Program-made: the position numbers and the translations under genes | DNA from: Felis catus | Lineage: Eukaryota | NCBI RefSeq assembly: GCF_018350175.1 | Contig: NC_058383.1 | Span: 1,984,001 to 2,048,000 of the forward strand | DNA: 64,000 bases | Direction: 5' to 3' | Notes under the pieces: model-generated | What the model was told of the DNA's origin: nothing | Databases searched by the model: none | Seen by the model: only the letters and a program-made list of their open reading frames with translations | Shown: positions 28,302 to 40,300 of the stretch, in pieces | How the letters are laid out: each line of letters opens with the position of its first letter | How positions within the stretch are numbered: position 1 is the stretch's first letter

Positions 28302-31300
28302 CAGAGGGCACGTTAGCTCACTGGCTACCGCTACAGAGTGAGCCACTTCTCAGCACGTGCTGAGCAGCCACGCCCACGCAGCCAGAACTTACAATTGCAC
28401 AGTTCCCGAGTGGCAGGCTCTCCTGACCCACCCACCCTCAGGGAGCTCTGAGCCTCTGGGGGAAGGCAGATGTGTGACCAGAGGATTACGGCGTGGGTAG
28501 GCCTGCACTTTGAGATTCACAGTCTGCACAGAGGCTGCAGAGGAGGGCAGGGTGCTGCTGTGGGGTCATCAGGAGTTTGGGGGAGGGTGCAAGGAAGGGC
28601 ATGTCAGATGGAGGGAACGTGGCTGTTGGGAGGACGGTGCCCAGTTCACTCCTGCCCAACACGGCCACAGGCCCTGACACTCCTTCCGAGGGCCCCGCCT
28701 GCCTGCCCCTGGGCTCTTGGCTTGCCTGTCCTTTGCAGCACCTGTCGCTGGGAATGGGGCTGTGCTTACCTCGTGCTGCCCGGTGGGCTGGGCCTTCCTT
28801 GAGGGCAGGACCCAGCCCCGGGCCGGGCACAGAGAAGGTGTTTGACAGAGGCCGAGTCAGAACAGCAGTGTTACTGACAATCGACAGTTTACACGTCCCC
28901 AAAGACCAGGCCCTTAGTGTGCACAGTCCACGTAATCCCCCCAGCGCAGTATAGGGTGGGGAGCACGTGTGGAGCCGGGACCCCGGCATGGTGTGGATCC
29001 AGGCTTTGGGCCTGGGGGCGTTGGGCCCGCATCTGTGCCTTTCACCGCTGTGATATTCGTGCTTCTGGTTGGCATCACGTGCTCTGTGTCTTTGGGGTTT
29101 TCCATCACGGAGTCGTTTCACTCATCCGTTCACTGACCTGCCCTGCACCTGCCCTGCCGAACTGAGCAGGGCCTCGCCAGCTGCCAGGGTCAGGCTGGCG
29201 TAAAATGTAGTGTGTTCGTAGAAACTGTGAGGCACAGCAGGGCCAGGACACCAGGAGACGACCGCCGTTGGAAAGACAGTCTTCGCTGGCAGTTCCCAGA
29301 GGAGGAGGCACGGGATGCCGTGCGGGCCACAGGGGACGCCCCAGGGCCAGTCAGGAGGCAGAGGGAGGCGGTGCTTGGGCGAGAGCCTTACTGTGGTTTC
29401 TGCGCGAAGGAGCGGGCGAGGCGGGGCGAGCAGGCTGAGGCCCGGCCAGTCTGGGTGATTCCAGTGGGCTCCAGGGCATGGGGGCTGTCCCGGCTGTCTG
29501 GTCCCTGGGGGTTAGGACTGGGGGACAGTGGCCCAGAGTGTGAGGGCCCCACGGAGGAGGGGGTCGGGTGTGGGCTCTGGGTTGGCTGGTCTGCATCCGA
29601 GAAGTGTGCTCCTGGGTGAGGGGTTTAGGACCCTCAGGAACTGGCTGGCCCTAGGGGGGCGGGGGCAGTCCCTCTAGGGTCAGCAAGGGCTCCAGGTGTG
29701 AAAGCATCAGTACAGACAACAAAGGACACGGCTGACACACAGGCAGATGTGGGTGCAGACAGGTTCATGCAGGTGGAGCCCCATGTGATGAAGGTCTGGG
29801 ACTCTGGCCTGTTCCAGCTGGGCTTGGCTGTGTCCTCAGGGGACAAGATGGAGGGGTTTCCACAGAGGGGGTCCAGGGTCTGGGTCCTTGATCTCACTCT
29901 CCTCTGACTTGCTGTGTGCCTTTGGGGAAGCTGCTTCCCCCTCTGGGCCTGGTTTTGTTTCAGTTGTATATTCAAGTGGCCTGCACGGGCTGCTTTGAGA
30001 ATCTGCTCAGCTCTCGCGAGCTGTCATTTCTTCACCGAAAACCTCGCATAAAGTAGTCTATTCCCGGGCACAAGGTCTCTGAGAAAGCCCCCTCACTCTA
30101 TGACACAGACACATGACGTGGGCAGCTGTCCTGGCTCTGGCCACTCCAGCAGCTCTGGTCCTACCCTGCACCAGCTCCCGCTTAATGAAATTAGTAGCCA
30201 GCGTTTACTGCTTGCCTCTGTGGGCACAGGTCCGAGCTGGCCTGTTGTACACGTTCCGCACTGAATCCTCACTTTAATCCCTGTGAAGTTGGAAGATTGC
30301 CCCTTCTGGCAAATAAGGAAGCTGGGACAGACTGGGAGAAGTGTCAGAGATTCTCAGACCGTGCTGTCAGTTGGCTTCCCGTGCCTTTAAGGAGGAGATG
30401 TTCTTTCCCCCTGGTTTCACATGTACTAGAAACACAGTGCAGAAAATGTGGAAAATAGAGATAAGGGGAAGAAAGGGAGAGTCCCCGTGGTGCTGGCTCT
30501 GGGAGGTGCTCATGCTGCACCTTCACGCGGGCAGCCCCTGCTGTGGGCCAGGTGCTGCCGGGGTCCCGGGCCACCGTGGAGCCTGGGGGGTCCAGTGGAG
30601 AGCGGCTGGGAAGATGTTAAGCGCGTAAAGGAGCACGGCGGCTGCCAGGGAAGTTACGTGATGAAGGAAATCGGGTGCGAGGCCGGCCACCACGGCCCCC
30701 CGCTTCAGAGAGTGAGGTCGGGGGTGCCCCTGCAGGAGGGGAAGGACAGGGAGGTTCCGGCATGGGGGGTGCCCACGTAAACCCGCACGCTCGTCTGTTT
30801 CTCGTCAGAGTGGGGTTGTCGTGCACAGAGCTCCCCGTCACCCATTTCTCATCTCGTTTGCTCACTGGAGGGCATGTTGGCTTGGCCACACCCCTCCCTG
30901 GACGCTTAGGGCTCCACGCAGAGTCCCGGCACCCACCTCCGGGCCCCAGGCTGTCAGGGGAGCAGGGGTGCCCGGGTGGGACGGGGTCAGTGCACCGTGC
31001 GGACCTCGTCCTCTCCCACCCAGGCCCAAAACCGCGGCAAGAGGAGGAAGGAAGGCGCCCACATCAACCGCTCCCTGCTGGCGCTGGGCAACTGCATCAA
31101 CGCGCTCAGCGAGAAAGGCGGCAGCCGGGCGCAGTACGTGAACTTCCGGGACAGCAAGCTCACGCGCCTGCTGAAGGTACGGCTGCGGCAGCCACCTGCA
31201 TCATCCCGGGCTTCTCTGCCGGGAGGGAGGGAGGCCCAGACCTGGCTCCGAGGACCCCTCCAGGAACCCCCAAAGGCAGGAGAACGCTGTAGACCCCGTT

Positions 31301-34300
31301 GCTAGTCACTGCCTGAGTCCCACGCCATCCCTCTGAGTATGGGCCGGCCAGGGGCTTGCATACTCCCAGAGACAGAGAGCTCACTACCTTACTGAGGCCG
31401 CCTGTCCCATCCTGGGCGGTCTGACATTGAGACACTGCCCTCTTGAGTAAACAAATTGGCAAAGCAATAAATACGCATCCCTGCAGGTTTGGCCCCTCCG
31501 CTCTGGTCTCATCAGAACAGAGGTCCGATGGGGTGGCCTTGGGGCAGGTCTCATTGTGTCCCTTCCGCATGTCCCCTCCCCGAGCACCAAGCCCTTGGTC
31601 CTGCCATCACCTGCTTCCCTCAGGGTTTGGAGCAGGAACCTCAGAGGGAGGGTCCAGGCGGGCCTGGGACGGGCACTGGAGGGCCTCTTCCCATCACCCC
31701 CAACTCAGACCCTCTGCTGAGCAGGACGCCCTGGGAGGGAACAGCCGGACCGTGATGATCGCGCACATCAGCCCGGCCAGCACGCACTTCGAGGAGTCTC
31801 GGACCACCCTGCTGTATGCCTACAGGGCAAAGAACATCAAGACGAGGGTGAGGCGCCCCCCTGTTCCTCATCTGCTCCCCCACTGGCCAAATTCTCACTC
31901 CGGGCTCCCTCTGGAGCCTCCCTTCCACCCCAGGGCTCCTGGCGGCCCTGGGCTTGTGGCTGCCTGACTACCAGCCTCTGCCGCCACCTTTACGGGGCTT
32001 CCCCAGGAGGATCTCATCTCAAGAGCCTTTACTTAACCTGCAAAGACCCTTTTCCCAAATGAGGCCCCATTCGCAGGGTTCTGTGGGTTCAGGACACGAG
32101 TTGACTTAGCTGTTCGCCAGGCACCCTCTGAGCTCTTGATGTCTGGATTTATTTACCTCTTCACGCCCTCTCCCCGGGAGGGAGGCCCGTTATCCCGTTG
32201 TGCAGACTGGGCAGCCCGAGCGGAGCACCGAGAGAGGCTCCCACGTTCTGGCTCCAGGGGCCACACTTTGGGCCCCTCCCCGCTCTGGCTGCAGCTGCTC
32301 TCGGTGTAGAGGATCCGTCTGTGCGGCTGCGTGGGTGTTTAGTGGCACTGTGTGTGTCTAGTGGCCAGCGAGTGAAGGGGACGCTTGCGGGGATGAGCCC
32401 CGTCGCGAAGCGTGGCCACGAGCTAGGTGCCGGGATAGCGCCTACTCTCAGCCAAGCTTCGAGCACAGCAGCGGGCAAGGCCACTGGGAACCGTGTCTCC
32501 CACACACAGATCTGTCACTTCCAGCTGTGGCCAGCACTCTCAGTGACAGCCGTGGGGTGTGAGAAGGGAGAGTGACAGAGGAGACAGAGTTTAGGGGGTC
32601 AGTCCAGGACGCCGGGCCCCGAGTGAGGAAGAGCCCGTGGGTGTGCACCCGTAAGTGCGTGTGCCTCGTGGCCTGCTGGTTCACCCTCCGAATCACCAAA
32701 GACAAACCGGGACCCATGTGCGTCCGAACGCTGTGTCACTGGCAAGCCCCAAAGTGCCCGTCCAAGGGGACTGCTGGGCAGCTGTTACAGAAGGTGGGGT
32801 ACACGCATCTGGGCAGAGGGACCGCGCCCCGGCGACAACGCTGGATGAGGGAAGCAAGTAAAAGTGAGAAAAGAAAGCCAGGTGGCACCCGGCTGGCTCA
32901 GTCGGGGGAGCATGGGACTCTTCATCTCAGGGTCGTGAGTTTGAGCCCCACGTGGGGCATGGAGCCTACTTAAAAATTGTTTTAAAAAGAATAGTAGCCC
33001 CGGTTTGATATGTTTACATAAAAAAAAAAAAAAACAAAAGCCAAACCTGTACCAAGAAACTCCCTATAGGTGTCTCTGGAGATACATTTATATGAACAGA
33101 ACCACCTCCAGAGGGCACACACCCAACTGACCACAGTGGTTACCTCTGGGGAGGGCCTTTGATGGATGTTCGAATTTTCCGTATTGTGCCAAATACGCAT
33201 GACATAAAATTTACCATTTCAACCACTTCTGAGTGAGCAGCTCAGGGGCACCGAGCACATTCACGTGCTTTGCAGCTGTCCCCACTGTCCGGCTCCAGAA
33301 CGTTCCATCTTTCCACACTGAGACCCTGTCCTGTTACACACAGACTCCCCACGTGCTCCCCCAGCCCTGGCCCCACTGTCTACTCTGTGAGTCTGACGAC
33401 CCTGTGACCTCGTGTGACTGGGTCCCACTGCGTGTCCTCCTGTGTTGTGAGTCTGACGACCCCAGGACTGCGTGGGAGTGGGTCCCAGTATGTGTCCTCC
33501 CGTGTCCATGAGTCTGACGACCCCGGGACGTCGAGTGAGTGGGTCCCAGTGCGTGTCCTTCTGTGTCCGTGAGTCTGACGACCCGGGACCTCGTGGGAGT
33601 GGGTCCCAGTGCGCGTCCTCCCGTGTCCGTGAGTCTGATGATCCCGGGACCTTGAGTGAGTGGGTCCCAGTGCATGTCCTCCCGTGTCCGTGAGTCTGAC
33701 GACCCAGGACCTCGAGTGAGTGGGTCCCAGTGCGTGTCCTCCCGTGTCCATGAGTCTGACAACCCCGGGACCTCATGGGAGTGGGTCCCAGTGCATGTCC
33801 TCCCATGTGGTGACTCTGATAACCCCGGGACATCAAGTAAGTGGGTCCTAGTGTGTGTCCTCCCATGTCCGTGAGTCTGATGACTCCGTGACCTCGTGTG
33901 AGTGGGTCCCAGTGCGTGTCCTCCCGTGTCCGTGAGTCTGACGACCCGGGGCCTCGTGGGAGTGCGTCCCAGTGTGTGTCCTTCTGTGTCTGTGAGTCTG
34001 ACGACCCCGGGACCTCGAGTGAGTGGGTTCCAGTGCGTGTCCTCCCATGTGGTGAGTCTGACGACCCCGGGACCTCGAGTGAGTGGGTCCCAGTGCGTGT
34101 CCTCCCGTGTCCGTGAGTCTGACAACCCCGGGACCTCGAGTGAGTGGGTCCCACTGTGTGTCCTCCCGTGTCCGTGAGTCTGACAACCCCAGGACTGCGT
34201 GGGAGTGGGTCCCAGTATGTGTCCTCCTGTGTCCATGAGTCTGACGACCCCGGGACGTCGAGTGAGTGGGTTCCAGTGCATGTCCTCCCGTGTCCGTGAG

Positions 34301-37300
34301 TCTGACGACCCCGGGACCTCCAGTGAGTGGGTCCCAGTGCATGTCCTTCTGTGTCCGTGAGTCTGACGACCCGGGACCTCGTGGGAGTGGGTCCCAGTGC
34401 GCGTCCTCCCGTGTCCGTGAGTCTGATGATCCCGGGACCTCGAGTGAGTGGGTCCCAGTGCATGTCCTCCTGTGTCCATGAGTCTGACGACCCGGGACCT
34501 CAAGTGAGTGGGTCCCAGTGCATGTCCTCCCGTGTCCGTGAGTCTGACGACGCTGGGACCTCGTGGGAGTGGGTCCCAGTGTGCATCCTCCCGTGTCCAT
34601 GAGTCTGATGATCCCGGAACCTCGAGTGAGTGGGTCCCAGTGCATGTCCTCCCATGTCCATGAGTCTGACGATGCTGGGACCTCGTGTGAGTGGGTCCCA
34701 GTGCGTGTCCTTCCGTGTCTTGCTGTGTCACTCAGTATCATTTCCTTGGCGTTCATCCGCATGGGAGCAGGTGTCTGGGTTTCCTCTCTTTTTAACGCTG
34801 AGTTGCATTGATCTGAATTTTCTTGACATAAATGTGCTGGCATAGCTGTAGCATAAATATCACATAGTGGGTCCGTTCTGGCTAGGTCTGACCTCGGCCG
34901 CATGTCCCACCCACCAGGTGAAGCGCAACCTACTGAACGTGTCCTACCACATCGCACAGTACACGGACGTCATCTCCAACCTGCGCAGGGAGATCGAGCA
35001 CCTCAAGTCCAAAATTGAGAAGCAGGAGGAGGAGAAGAGAGGAGAACCCGGGGTCCAGGACGCACAAGGTAGGGCCGAGCTCCTGGGGCCTCCTGTGGCT
35101 TTGCCGCCCGAGCCCAGGGCACGTGGCCGTGGCCGTGGCCGTGGATTTCCGTCCCAGCCTGCCACGCGCTGCCTGTCGCTCCCTGGCCCACAGAGCGCGG
35201 GGAGTGGCTGCCTCCTCTGTCTTCTCCTGATCTCTTCCTTCTTTCCTTTTCACCCTCCCACCATTTTGTTTTTTCTTTCCTCTTAGATCAGTTTTTCTTT
35301 AAAAACACAAATCTTTCATTCCGGGATAGCTGTAGATTTACACAGAAGTTGCAGAGATAGTACCGAGAGTTCTTCGCTTCCCCTCATGTTGGCGTCTAAA
35401 TTGTTATTTATTTGTTGAGGCAAAACCACACATAACAAAATTCACCATCTTTTTTTAAAGTTTATTTATTTATTTTGACAGAGAGAGAGAGAGAGAGAAT
35501 GGGGGAGGGGGCAGAGAGAGAGAGAATCCCAGGCAGTCTCCCCGCTCAGTGCGGAGCCCAACTCAGGACTCAGTCTCACGAACCGCGACATCATGACCTG
35601 AGCCGAAGTCAAGAGTCAGACGCTCAACCCACCAAGCCACCCAGGTGCCCCTAAAACTCACCGTCTGAAAGTGCACCGTTCACTGGCATTTGGCAGACCC
35701 CAAGAGTTCTGGGTTCGCCCCTCCACCTGGCCGGCCCCAAAGCAAACCCCGTGCCTGGCATGCAGTTTCTCTCTGTCCCTCTTTTCCCCCAACCTAGCTT
35801 TATTTAGGCCTCCCTTAGGGGTGAGCATATCATAGCTTTTCCATAAAATTATAAAATTAATCAGTAAGTTAAAGTAACCATAAAAATGGCAGTAAGGAAG
35901 TCAGGTGTGCTTATGCGTATAAACACGTGCTTACCCACCCACAGACACGTTCTTGTGGCTAATTGAGATAGGCTTTGCCATAATGAATAAAGACATTTTG
36001 AAAATCCGCAAGAAGGAATAAATGGTCCAAAACTGAGGAAGAGAACAGGCGATTCAGAGAATTCCCAGGGGCCGACAAACACGGGAAAAGATTCTATTTT
36101 TTTTTTTAATTTTTTTTTCATTTATTTATCTTTGAGAGAGAGCACAAGTGGGGAGGGTCAGAGAGAGAAAGAGACAGAATCCGAAGTAGGCTCCAGGCTC
36201 CTAGCTGTCAGCACAGAGCTCAATGCGGGGCTCGAACTCACAGACTGTGAGATCATGACCTGAGCTGAAGTCAGACGCTTAATCCACTGAGCCACCCAGG
36301 CGCCCAGGAAAAGATTCTTAACTGCGTTAGGAAACAGATACACATTGAGATAATTTTCACTTGTGGGATTGGCTAAAGTTAAAACGCCAGGTAACAGCGA
36401 GCGTATGCGATACATTGTGTAAATGGCAGCTTAAACACTCTTACTGGGAACGTGAATCAACGTGTCTCAGGGAGGCCGGCTTGCGTCTGTTCGAACTTAC
36501 AGTGCGTGTGTTCCGTGCCCCAGCCCTCTGCACCATGCAGGCGCACCTGCATGCCGCGAGGCATGCCTCTCCCGTGCCCAGGAGGCTGTGGGACCCTAAG
36601 GTGCCCGTCGGAAGGGGCATCCCCCACTGTGGTTAGGGAGGGTGGCTAGGCCAGTCTGTGCAGCCGGGCCCCTCGAGGGTGCGTCACTGGGTGGCCATGA
36701 AAGAGTAGCAGCCCTCCGATCCCCTTCACCCACCGGAAATCCCACATGTGTCTCTACATACACGTTCCGGTACAAAACCCCGCGGGGAACGATCCGGAAG
36801 GGCACACATCAGAACGGCAGCCGTGGTTTTCTGTGGGTGGGGATCGGGGATTTGGGGGGTGGAGACCAGATGACAAAGAGGGTCTTCAGTCTTGACCTAC
36901 CATTTGAATTTTTCTGATAAAAACGATGTCCCGTGTTGCTTGTGTAAATACCGCGAATTATAAAATCATAGTACTAAGTGTTCACGACGCACAACTTGCT
37001 GAATACGGCAAAGCACGGGAGGAAAACAGAACTCAGCCACAGGCCCACAGCTTGCAGCTGGTTCTGTCCGGTCTCTTCAGGAGATGAGCACGGGCGCCCA
37101 CTGCCCCACGTGCCCCCAGTGCCCCGCACGCACCCACCGCCCCACGTGCGCCCCAAAACCGGGGGGGGGGGTCATGCTCTTCACGTACCGGTTGAGGGCC
37201 TGCGATGGAAAGGGTGCCCTTCCCAGTGAGGTCCAGGTGGCCCTGTCCTCAAGCAGCGTGTGCTCTCACGGGAGGCAGACAGCAATGATCGGGTGGAGGT

Positions 37301-40300
37301 GTGAGACCGAGAAGCCGGGTGGGGTCGGAGTTGGAGGGGAGGAGGCCACGTGAGCTCGGCCACGAATCAGGGCCTTTCTTTTTTTTTTTTAATTTTTTTT
37401 CAACATTTTTTATTTATTTTTGGGACAGAGAGAGACAGAGCATGAATGGGGGAGGGGCAGAGAGAGAGGGAGACACAGAATCGGAAACAGGCTCCAGGCT
37501 CCGAGCCGTCAGCCCAGAGCCTGACGTGGGGCTCGAACTCACGGACCGCGAGATTGTGACCTGGCTGAAGTCGGACGCTTAACCGACTGCGCCACCCAGG
37601 CGGATCAGGGCCTTTCTGAGGAGGCAGCGTCTCGTCGTGCGAAGGAACGAGCCACACACAGACCGGGGGCTGAGCCTTCTGGCCGAGGGGACAGCATGTG
37701 TAAAGGGCCTGGGGCAGAGAGCAGGCCGGTGTGGTGGCGCGGGGGCGGAGGTGTGGTGGGGATGAGGCTGGAGAGATGGGCAGGCTGGTGCTGAATGGGG
37801 CCTGGGCTTATGCTGAGGGTTGGCATCCGGGGAGGCCCGGCAGGGTGTGGGCAGCAGAGCCGAGTTAGGGGCCCCCTTGAGATGCACAGTCGTAAGTGGA
37901 AGGGAGACCAGGCGACAGAGCAGTTTGCCTCAGTGCACTGCCGGGGAGGAGGGTTCTCCACGGTTGCGGGTTAGCCCTGCGAACACGGCAGGACTTGAGG
38001 GGAGGCCCGGGGCGACCACCACGGTCTCCCGTGAGCGCCAAGGAAAGGAGGCAGGTTGAAAACGCTCACAGTCCGTGATGGGATTTCCAGCACTCGTGGG
38101 GGAGAAGGGCCGGCAGGGAGGGGCAGAGCCCCCAGGCTGCAGCTGCGCCTGTGACCCAGCCCGGGGACCCCGCTCTGTGGAGGTGGACCCCCAGAGGACA
38201 GGAGTCAGGAGTGCCTGAGAGGATTCGGGAATCACCAAGAGTAAGGAGAGAGCATGGACGTCATCCCTGGAGAAGGGTCAGTGGCATCTGGGAGGCCCTG
38301 GTGAGAGGTCGTGTTGATTTCTGCTCCCGTCTTCTGTCCTCTCCTTCCTCACCCCAGCTGTGGGTTTCTCCTTACTTTCCTGGTTCCCTGAGGTCACTGC
38401 CATCGTTTTGCTGTGTACCTGCGTGGGTGGTGTTTCCCAGAGAGGGACACGGGATCTGCGTGCGTGCGTAGCGTGGGGCAGGGGCGTGGCATAGTGCCTT
38501 TACACAAACAGCACCACCCTATAGCTGTGCCTGGTGTCTCTCCTCCAGGATGTGTCCCGGGCCCGCCCATAAGTGCAAATGGGTCTGCCCCTTCTAACAG
38601 AGCGGTGCCCAGGAAGGACACACGAGAGTTCGCAGTACCTCGTCCCTTTTGATGGGCACTTGGGGGCTTTCCGGTCACGTAGCCTCGCTGAGCACACGGC
38701 ACCTGTTTCTCTCCGGTGATTCGGAGGTTTGGGTTTCTGTTGGAGCAAGAGGATGAGGGAAGTGTGCAAACAAGAGGGGCTGTTGTTGAGGGCAGCTGAG
38801 TCCCACGGGGCCAGCGGAGGGTGTTGAGGGCAGCTGAGTCCCACGGGGCCAGCGGAGGGTGTTGAGGGCAGCTGAGTCCCAAGGGCCAGCAGAGGGTGTT
38901 GATGGCAGCTGAATCCCAGGGGGCCAGCGGAGGGCTGGGGGGCCAGTGAGGGTGGAGGACAGGGTTGTTGTGGAGAATTTGCAAAGCCAGGTGGTGGCCA
39001 GGATGCTTGAGCTTCGTTGGGGTCGGGGGTCAACAGGATGCATGGTGAGAGAGCCTTCATCCTGATGGCCTCTTAATTATTGGGGCTGGTCCTAGGTGGT
39101 CTGTAGTGGGGAGACAGGCAGTGTCCTGAGGGGTGGTGATCTCACGATGAGCCCTGAGGGCTGGTGCCCCTTGGGTCCTGCTCTGCCATGCCTGGGCAGC
39201 AGTGGGACCCTGGTGTGCACAGCTTTGCCAGGATCATTATGAGCGTTTCCAGGATACCAAGTACTCCCCAGAAACCTTGGTTCGGTCATCTGGCTGCATT
39301 GTGCCTTTCACCCATCTCCGATCGCTTGACATTGAGGGAAAAGGTGCCCCTTGACCACTGCCCTCGGGTCAGAGGAACAGACTGCATGCATCCAGAGTGG
39401 AGCTCCCAGTGGGGCAGTCAGGGACTACCATCAATTAGTCATAAACAGCCATTAGGTAGGAAATTACATGGAAACAAAAAAGACAAAACTGGTTTGTTCT
39501 GTGGAACTTATATTCTAGCAGGAAAGGGAGATGTCAAACATCCATCACAAAATGTTCATCAATTATCGATATTGAGAGGGCTGTGAAGAAGCCGTGATGT
39601 TATCAGAACAAGTGGCAGGTGGACCCAGATTGAGAATCTGGGAGGATTTCCCTGAGGAAGTGAGGTATGAGCTCTGATGGCTAGCCCAGTCACACCCCTC
39701 CTTGGATTCCTGAGACTCAAATTCAGGTAACCCGACCCCAAACCAGGCAGGGAGACCATCTAAATCATCTACCCAGTTATCTGTCTGTTCATCCCTTCAT
39801 CCATCCATCAATCATTTACTCACCCATTCATCCATCCATGATCTAGTCATCCATCCATCCATCCATCCATCCACCCATCCATTATTCACCTGTCCATCCA
39901 TCTTTCCATCCTTCCATTATTCACCCATCCATCTCTCCATCCATCCTTCCATCCATCCATTATTCACCTGTCCATCCATCTTTCCATCCATCCATTATTC
40001 ACCTGTCCATCTTTCCATCCATCCATCCATCCATCTTTCCATCCATCCATCCATCCATCCACCCATCCATGAATCCATGGTGATAGATATCACCTATCTA
40101 TCCATCTCTCCATCTATCCATCCACTCCATCCACCCATCCATCCATTATTCACCCATCCATCCATCTCTCTATCTATCCATTATTCACCCGTCCATCCGT
40201 TTCTCCATCCATCCACTCCATCCATCCATGAATCCTTTATTCACCTATCCATCCATCTCTCCATCTATCCACTCCATCCATCCATCCATCATTCACCCAT

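Noticed and set aside
33261..34957. Long minus-strand ORFs (400, 465 and 369 aa) and the CRISPR-like periodicity of the array
   Set aside because: These are translations of a tandem minisatellite. There are no unique spacers and no cas genes, and the context is a mammalian intron.
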